DNA from: the human T2T-CHM13v2.0 reference genome, Homo sapiens
Assembly (NCBI RefSeq): GCF_009914755.1
Contig: NC_060925.1
Length of the DNA: 64,000 nucleotides
Strand: one strand, 5' to 3'
Position numbers and translations under genes: made by a program. Numbering within the stretch: the first letter of the stretch is position 1; each line of letters opens with the position of its first letter. This document shows, piece after piece, positions 56,406 through 64,000 of this stretch. Under the pieces are notes generated by a model that ran no database searches, was not told the origin of the DNA, and saw nothing but the letters and a program-made list of their open reading frames with translations.

Positions 56406-58330
56406 AACCTATTATATGCCCCTTTAGTTGGAATTATAAGCTGGGATTGATGGTCAACTTCAATTGAGACCAGTGCAGCTAATTAAAAATTTCTGTGTAG
56501 GTGCAAAGAGAGCACTTAGACCCAAAGAACCAAGCCTATACCTATTTCCTTAGCTGCATTCTGCAGCTGAAATCCAGATAAACACAGAGAGATTACCACC
56601 TATGTAATCCTGTCTCCACTTCATGCTTAAAGCAGAGTTGTTGATTCAGTGGTCCAAGCTTTCATTCCAAGCCCCAGTAACCCCTGATGATTTCTCTGAA
56701 TTCTCCATTGTACATGTACCAGATACTGAACTTGATCGTCTCTGTAGAATAAATCAGCAATGGAAAAAAAAATTATACAACCCTTCAACTCCAAGTCTTC
56801 AAAAGATTCCCCAAGACTTGCAAATGTGAAGTACTGTGGGATACTGCATATTTATCAACAGGAGCTCTGCATTCTGGCTTTTGGTTGGGGTGAGGAGATT
56901 TCAGGAGGAGCAAATATAGAAATGGTGAAAAAAGAGACAAGTTGTGGAAAGTGCTCTAGTGTCATAAGGAGAAAGCAGAAGACTCCAGAGACACCTGCTA
57001 TCAAAGATCGGAGAAATTCCCAAACTGGAGAAGGTCCTGGAACAGGAGCAGAAGCAAGAAACCACTTGGATTCAGCAGGTCCTGGGCTGTGGGTGGTCGG
57101 GGAGACACTCAAGAGCCCAGAGCATTTTAAGGCCATCACTAACCACATGTAAACAAAGTGATATTTGTAGATGTTCTCTATAATTAAGGTCCTTCTACAA
57201 CATGGTATTCGGAGTGCATTCATAGGTTCAAGTTGGGTGGGCTCCCTATTCAGCAGGTTGTATTTTACCAGCAGCTGAATGGGATTTAATATTAGGTAAA
57301 AAGACATTACCAAAATAGTAATAAAATTTAGACCCTCCATGCTAAGATCAATGCTTACTCTTGAGTTATAGAAAACTTGTGCAAAAACCACACCTGCCAC
57401 CTATACTCTTCTATTTTCTTGGTTCCACCTACCTTATAATCATCTTTTATCTACCACCACCTCTAGCCCTAAAGCTCCTAATACTCCACTAATCTGTCCC
57501 TCTGAGGATGGGCTCATTGACATATTTGCTGCAAAATCGCCTTGTTTTGTAGCCGCCCTTTTTCCCATGGGTAATGCATATATCTGAACCTACCCCACAT
57601 ACTCATTCACTTGGAGACTAATTTGAAAGATCCGATTCCCAGAAATCTGTTTTAATATGAAGCCTATAAAACTTTCATATGACTTTCTGTGTGTCAGTCA
57701 AAATTTTTTTAGCTCTCACTGCAATAACCTCTCAACAGTGGGGATAGAATGAGGTTAAAAGATACATGAACAAATCATTGCTAAAACATTTTGAGAGCTT
57801 TCATCTGAACTAACTTTGAGAGTTAGTTTAAAACCACACCAGGAAACCAGGCCTGATACACAGACCTTCTATAACACGCTAGCCCTCATGTTAGTATTTG
57901 GTCCTTATTGGGTGAGGCCATGCTGCTCCCCTTTACTGATGGAAAGAGTCTTCTACTGATGGGAAGGAGAATACTTTCCCATGGATTCTACGTCAGAACC
58001 CTCCTACAATGTATTGAGTCATCTGGGACACTCCATTTAGTGTCTCTGGGCTTCAGTCTCCTCATCTCTGAAATGTAGAGGGGCAGGTAGGGTGGGGGGA
58101 ACTAAACCAGGTCATCATGAACATCCCTTCCAGTTCTAACATTCTGTGACCATTTCACTGGTGATAGGGAAGCCTCAGGTCCTAATATCTGCTGAGTCAT
58201 TCTGTCTCAGGCTTTGGATTCATCTTCCATTGCTCTGATTGAAAAATGATAAACTCTGTGGTAGGGATGCATGTCCCTGGAATGTACCAGTAACCAGAGG
58301 CACAAAGGTCCCTAAGAACAGGGACCACCT

Positions 58331-58866
58331 GTATTAACTGGGATTAGGTATAGTAGCATATAATGGAATGCCCAAAATAACTGAGACTTAAACATAAAAA
58401 AGTTTTTCCCCTACAAAAAAACGAAAAACAAAAACAAAAACAAACAAACAAACAAAAAACCACACACGAAGAAGAAGGCAACGTATACAGAGACTAAGAT
58501 TCCTTCTCACCTTCTGTTCCACCACTCTCAGTGCATGGCTTTCACACTTACAGTCCTGGATGACTACTGAAGCTCCAGATACCACATTCAAATTCCAGGC
58601 AGCTGGATAGATAACAGAAAAAAGTCAAAATAGGCACACTTTCAGCAGAGTCACCTCCCTTTAAAGAGCCTTCCTGGAGATCCGTATAAAGTTTGCATTT
58701 GGATTTCAATGACCAAAATGTAGTCACGAGGCTACATACAGGTGCAAGGGAATCTAAGAAATGTAGTTTTTAAGTGGGCACATTGCTGCCCTCAGTGATA
58801 CAGGAGCTCTGTTGATTGGGAATAAGAGAATGAATGCTGAGTAGACAACCTGCAGTATCAGCCACA
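58331..58866 (-). mobile_element. MLT1K/J-like MaLR LTR
   Basis: gtagtcacgaggctacatacaggtgcaagggaatctaagaaatgtagtttt...gggcacattgctgccc. Confidence 0.65.
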
Positions 58867-59294
58867 CCACTTTCATGTCTTCTGGAGTACCTGCACTGTC
58901 CCTGGGAGGAGCTCATTCAGTGCTGTTGATTTGATCTGACTGTCAGCAGCAGGTGATCTGATCTAGAAGTGGCTTTGCTTTCTGCTGGCATAAACAAACA
59001 TCCTCTAGTCTGTTCCTCAGAACAGAGGCTGCGCATATAAGCATGGTTTTTCCAGTCTTTGAAATTACGAGTTGGTCAAAAACATTGATGTTCTCTCTTG
59101 GAAACCACAGCTATGTGTGAAAATTAAAAGAAGTTACTTCAATGTTCTAAGCTATTAAGACTTCTGAGTTAAATTAGAAATGAAAACTCACTGTGTCATT
59201 CTCTGTCCTCAGACTCACTCAGTGATTCTCCCACCTATAGATTCACAGAGACCAATGGAAAGTAATTTCTTTTCTTCTTTCCTACTATTTAAAA

Positions 59295-59434
59295 TTGTAT
59301 TATTATTATTATTTTGTAGAGATGAGGTCTTGCTATGTTACCCACGCTGGTCTTGAACTCCTGGCCTCAAGTGATTCTCCCACCTCAGCTTCCCAAAATG
59401 CTGGGATTATGGGTGTGCACAACTATGTCTGACC
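59295..59434 (-). mobile_element. FLAM_C / Alu left monomer
   Basis: ttttgtagagatgaggtcttgctatgttacccacgctggtcttgaactcctggcctcaag. Confidence 0.9.
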
Positions 59435-60089
59435 TGATAGAAAGTGACTTCATCTGAAGGAGTGTAGAATCAGGGAGGAGTACCTGGTGTGCCTTAACTG
59501 TGCTACTGACCCATTCTCTCCTAATGGTAGGCTCCATATACATATTCCCTCAGGAGAAGAAAGCATTCATGGACTAGTTCTTCTTGTCCAATCCCTGTAT
59601 TTGTAAGAGTTCCTTGCCCATAAGAAAAGGAAAATGAGATACAAAGTGAATTATGTAACTTGCCTAATTTTAGAGGCAGAGATAAGGTAAAATTTGGTTC
59701 TCAGCTCCCAGTACACTGTTCGAATCAATACAACCCAAACTATATTGAAAAAATATATATCTACTATTGAGAACCAAATATTTAAAATTATGAAGCTTTT
59801 TCAGTTGCTATCTGCACCGATTTTGTTATCCAGAATTTTGATTCTTGATTTTATCTTGCCCAACCTGTGTTTTGCCTAGGTCTCTATAACAGTCATCAGT
59901 TTAATTCAATATTTATTGAAAGCTTACTCTGTGATCAGTAACATGTTATGAGGGAGATACAAAAGGATCATAAGACATGGCCTTATAATTCTATTGTATT
60001 GTTAAGATATATGACCATGAATTAATGAGGTTAATTTTCAAATAAATATACCAACGACTGTCTATCTATGTGAGTGGTATATCTTCTTA

Positions 60090-60280
60090 GGAAGCATTTA
60101 GCCCAATGATGGTGTTGTTGTCAAAATATTTTTAGAATTCATATTTGGGAATTATTTTCAATAGGTGAACCAAATTATCTTAAATGTCCTCAATGGCTGT
60201 TCAATGTTTTGCTTTAAGAGTGGATTTTATTTGGGGGAGAAAGTCAAAGTCATTCAGACCTGAGTCTGATAAAGCAGATT
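60090..60280. mobile_element. MARNA-like mariner relic
   Basis: ccaatgatgg...tcaaaatatttttagaa...aatgtcctcaatggc...gagtggatttt...caaagtcattcaga. Confidence 0.55.
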
Positions 60281-60359
60281 TGAGTGGTTTGGTTTCCTGG
60301 TAACATTCAGTCAGCCCAGGATGGCCTTCTTCTAGGCTTCTTTTTCCACGATAAAAGGA

Positions 60360-60764
60360 CAGTGGTTCTCAAACTTGAGTGTGCATCAGAATCACTTGGG
60401 AGACTTTTTAAAACACAGATTTCTGGGCTCCAATTTCTGATTCATCAGGTATGGTGGGGAAGCCTGGTATTTTATTTTTTAATTTAATTTTATTTCATTT
60501 CAATAGTTTTTGGGGAACAGGTGGTTTTGGTTACATGGATAAATTCTTTAGTGGTGATTTCTGAGATATTGGTGCACCCATCAACTGGGCAGTGTACACT
60601 GTACCCAATGTGTGGTTTTTATCCCTCATCCCCCTCCAACCCTTCCCCACAAGTCTCCAAAGTCCATTACATCATTCTTATGAGGCCTGGGATTTTATAT
60701 CTCAAATGAGCTCCCAAGTCAGGCTAATGCCACTGGTTAGGGAATCACACTTTAAGAACCACTG
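60360..60764. mobile_element. MER5A split by an L1PB fragment
   Basis: cagtggttctcaaacttgagtgtgcatcagaatcac ... cacactttaagaaccactg. Confidence 0.85.
60477..60681 (-). mobile_element. L1PB-type 3' terminal fragment
   Basis: ttcaatagtttttggggaacaggtggttttggttacatggataaattctttagtggtgatttctgagat; TSD-like gaagcctggtattttat/gaggcctgggattttat. Confidence 0.85.
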
Positions 60765-61836
60765 CTTTAAGACAGTTATTTTAGGTTTTTCATTGTATAT
60801 AGCTGCACTTAATCTTTTCAGATACAGATCACCCCTCCACTCAAGGAGCTTCCTTCCTGCCTCTTATGCTGTGTCCTGGGTACTTCGTGGCCTTGCACAT
60901 TCCAATTAGGCATCTGGACATGTGCCCAAAGCCCCTACCACAGAAGGGATCACTTTTAGCCACAGCCACAGAGGATGGTACTAAAGCTTATGATGAAAAG
61001 TGCTCACGGGCATTTCTATAATTAAAACTTGAGCCTTGCCCAGCGCTCAGGAGTGTTACAGAAGGTTAAAGCCAGAAGGGGTGTTAATTATCATCTAGTT
61101 CAATTCCCTCTACCTCTTCTCCCCTCATTTCAGAGCTGAGGAAAGCAGGTCCCAGAGATGCTAAGCCCAGTGTCCAATATCACCCAATAAATTACAGAAG
61201 AGTTATTATGTAGAGTCCATGAGAAAACATCACAGTCACCCTCTAGCTTCAGAGGGCAGGATAGTGATCTCACCCAGTCAAAGCCAAATGCAACATGAGG
61301 TAGGTCTAATATGATGTATGTATCACCCAAACAACGAATAATAAAAATCTGGCTGCATGTTTCTACCCTAAACAGTCCAGCAGTTTGGGGTCCATAAAAA
61401 AGTATAGTACTTTACCAATGTGGGTTTTACTCCTGTCATAAAGCCATGTTGTTAAGACATACATAACCAAATACTCATTTTTGCATGCAGCGGAGTGTGC
61501 CAGAGTCTGAGTCCTATATTCAGTTGACTCTGTTAGTATGCAATCAAAGCGGCATCTCCTGAGCGCAGAAGACAGCTACAGCAATCCTGAAGAGAGACAC
61601 GGCTTTGCCACTAAAATAAACCAAACAACTAGTCAATATGCCTTAATCTCACAGCCTAGGTCTGGCTTACCTATGGACCATAGATATGGCCAATCTCATT
61701 TGAATTGCCACTGAGAAAATCTAGCCTTAGGAAAAGTTAAAACTTGTAATGATACCAATCCCTTGGAGTGGTAGATTGGCAGCAATCAGCGAAACATTAA
61801 AACTTGGCTACGGAACACTGAAATATGCTAGGTAGG

Positions 61837-62183
61837 TGCTGTGGTTTGAATGTATGTCTCTCTCCAAAATTCATATGTTGGAACTTAAATTCCATTGTGA
61901 TGGTATTAAGAGGTGGGGCCTTTAGGAGATGATTAAATCATGAAGATGGAGCTCTCATGGGTGGAATTAGTAACGTTATAAAAGGGCTGCAAGGAACTAG
62001 CTAGGCCCTCTTGGCCCTTCCACCTTTCCACTGTGCTAGAAAACAGCCTTCCAGAGGACACAGCAACAAGGCACCATCTTGGAAGCAGAGACCAGACCCC
62101 CACAAGACATCGAACATTTCTGTTCTTTATAAATTCCCTAAGTCTCAGATATGTTGTCATAGAAGCACTAATTCACTAATACA
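61837..62183 (+). mobile_element. MSTD-like MaLR solo LTR
   Basis: tgctgtggtttgaatgt...gcaacaaggcaccatcttggaagcagagacc...ctaataca; TSD GTAGG on both sides. Confidence 0.88.
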
Positions 62184-63433
62184 GTAGGTGAGCTACTTAA
62201 AAGAGCATTAAAAAAAGTCAAAAAGAGAAAATAGCTAGTCTTAAAATGCTATGGAGCTTAAGTCATTATTTCTCACTCTTTTTAGATGCCGCAGAAGATC
62301 TAACTCTTAACCTGGACCTATTCAAAGATAGATGTTGAGAAATACAGATCAATGGCTCAAAAGCTTCTGAAAGTGATCAAGTAGAATATTTTTATTTTTA
62401 AATGTAAAATATCACCCCCGACTTGTTGCGAAAAAGTGGGGTGGAGGAAGTAACACCATTATTCATTCCCTCTATGGTGAAATATTCCTTATACTTAAGA
62501 TGTAGTAGTCCACTCCATCTCCAATGATACATCTGTTTGTAGGAGACGATGGGGAGGTGAAGTGAGGGGCAGCTAGAATGCACATCCTCCGACTTTCTTT
62601 CTTGTAAACATTCACGGTGTTTACATGGGATCAGAGAAATGGTCAAGAAACCAAAGGGGTTGATTTGGCTGACCCCTAACAGTGTCTTAAGCATCAATAC
62701 AGTCAACATGTGTCCCAGTTTCTTTCAAATTGATACCAGTTGATCGAATGACACTGACATTTTGGAAGCAACAGTCAAGGAAGAGGATGCTGTGAAGGGT
62801 GAGTTGGAGAGCGGCAGACAGAAAGACTGGAGTTTCAGGAAAAGCAGAACCTGGGGAAGCTTGATTTCTCTGTCTCACTCCCTGGAATCGGCTGGATTTA
62901 CGATGGTGAATTAGGTTTGCAAGCCCCAGCCATAGGTGCCCAACACCCTGTTCCATTTGCTCTGCCTCGCAGTATTCTTCCCTGCCACCCCTACCCCTGA
63001 AGCCCTCTTTTTGGCCCCCAGAATCCTGCTAGAAACTCTCCTCTAGAAAACCATCCTGACCAATCTACCTACTGGCTGTATCTCCAGCAAACTTTTAGAT
63101 ACATTTCCTTAGAGTGGGTCCAGTGCATTCTTGAATGTAAGCATCCTACCCTCCCCTGTTTCGAGTCTATCAAAAGCTGCTCTTTTATTTCCCTTATGGA
63201 CTCTGTCCTCATCACTTTCCCTGTTCTTCCAGCTTCTCCCCTTAGCCCATGGGGTGCTAACTGTTTAGGTTCCAGGAAAAGGCTGCCGATCTGCACTCCC
63301 TAACTGCCCCTGTATGTTAGGGCTGAGTTGATCTCAGATGCTGCTTTCTTGCAGGTTGAGAGAGCTTGAAAATAGAGGTCTGGGAAAGGTCCGGAGAAGA
63401 GTCCTAAAAAACTCACAAGGGCAGGCGTGCATG

Positions 63434-63471
63434 GTTGCTATGGTTACCTGGCAGCTTGGTTGTCTAGCCAC
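63434..63471. promoter_or_regulatory. Candidate RFX X-box cluster
   Basis: GTTGCTATGGTTAC (63434-63447) fits the X-box consensus; X-box-like GTTACCTGGCAGC overlaps it and GTTGTCTAGCCAC follows. Confidence 0.45.
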
Positions 63472-64000
63472 CTCCTCCCAACAAGGCAACACTTCTCTGT
63501 GAAGCACAGAGAAGATGCTTAAACCCAATTCACCCCAAGAGCCGGGGGAGCAGTGACTTAGTCACATCGTCTGCTTGTCACAATGTCAACAGCAAAGTTA
63601 GGGGTCACCGGGGCTGTGAGGGGAGCACACATGGAAAGCTACTTTGTGAATATTTAAGATTAGAATGTGATTAAGCAGTCAAGCCAATGTGCCCTGCACT
63701 CTCTGAATTTTGTTCAGTTTTGCTTGAACTAACGCCACATCCATCAGTGTGGTTCTTGCCATGCCTGGCAGCCAAGCACATGGGCACACACAGGGCTTGG
63801 CAGCGGGGAAATGGGCTGAGACCCAGTCAGGACAGTCTCGTCTTTCTACCTGAGCCTCAAACTATGCTTTTCCAGGCTCCAGATGGTGATCATGATTGTT
63901 AAAAAGCAACCATTATCCCTGTTAATGAGGATAATAAAACTAAACAATTCATAAGTACCGATAACATATGGAACATCCTACAAAACACAGATTTACCCAG

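Noticed and set aside
56760-57400. Overlapping 130-aa (+) and 181-aa (-) ORFs
   Set aside because: No recognisable domain or exon structure; compatible with chance or an ancient repeat.
62603-62625. miR-30-like seed TGTAAACA in a hairpin
   Set aside because: The stem is only ~8-10 bp and the rest does not match miR-30; it is better read as paired forkhead motifs.

Overview
Primate (human-like) nuclear DNA that is CpG-depleted, has no CpG island and is roughly half interspersed repeats: Alu J/S, L1PA/PB/MA/MB/MC, HAL1, L2, MIR, MaLR and ERVL solo LTRs, and MER5/MER81/MADE2/MARNA DNA transposon relics. It reads as intergenic or deep-intronic sequence. The only gene-derived element I recognise is a disabled processed pseudogene of PRELID1 (48029-48905, + strand). 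I cannot support any intact protein-coding exon, tRNA, rRNA or CRISPR array, and the supplied ORFs look like chance, repeat-derived or low-complexity frames. I do not see convincing evidence of a new biological system. Observations worth a second look are: (1) several locally templated fold-back or template-switch scars, most strikingly 932-1095 and 51764-51849; (2) an exact 23-bp duplicate 3.2 kb apart in apparently unique DNA; (3) a 433-nt purine tract with (GGAA)11; (4) candidate unannotated exons and cis-regulatory clusters (RFX, forkhead) in repeat-free stretches. Repeat subfamily names come from my recall of consensus sequences. Boundaries without TSDs are approximate.
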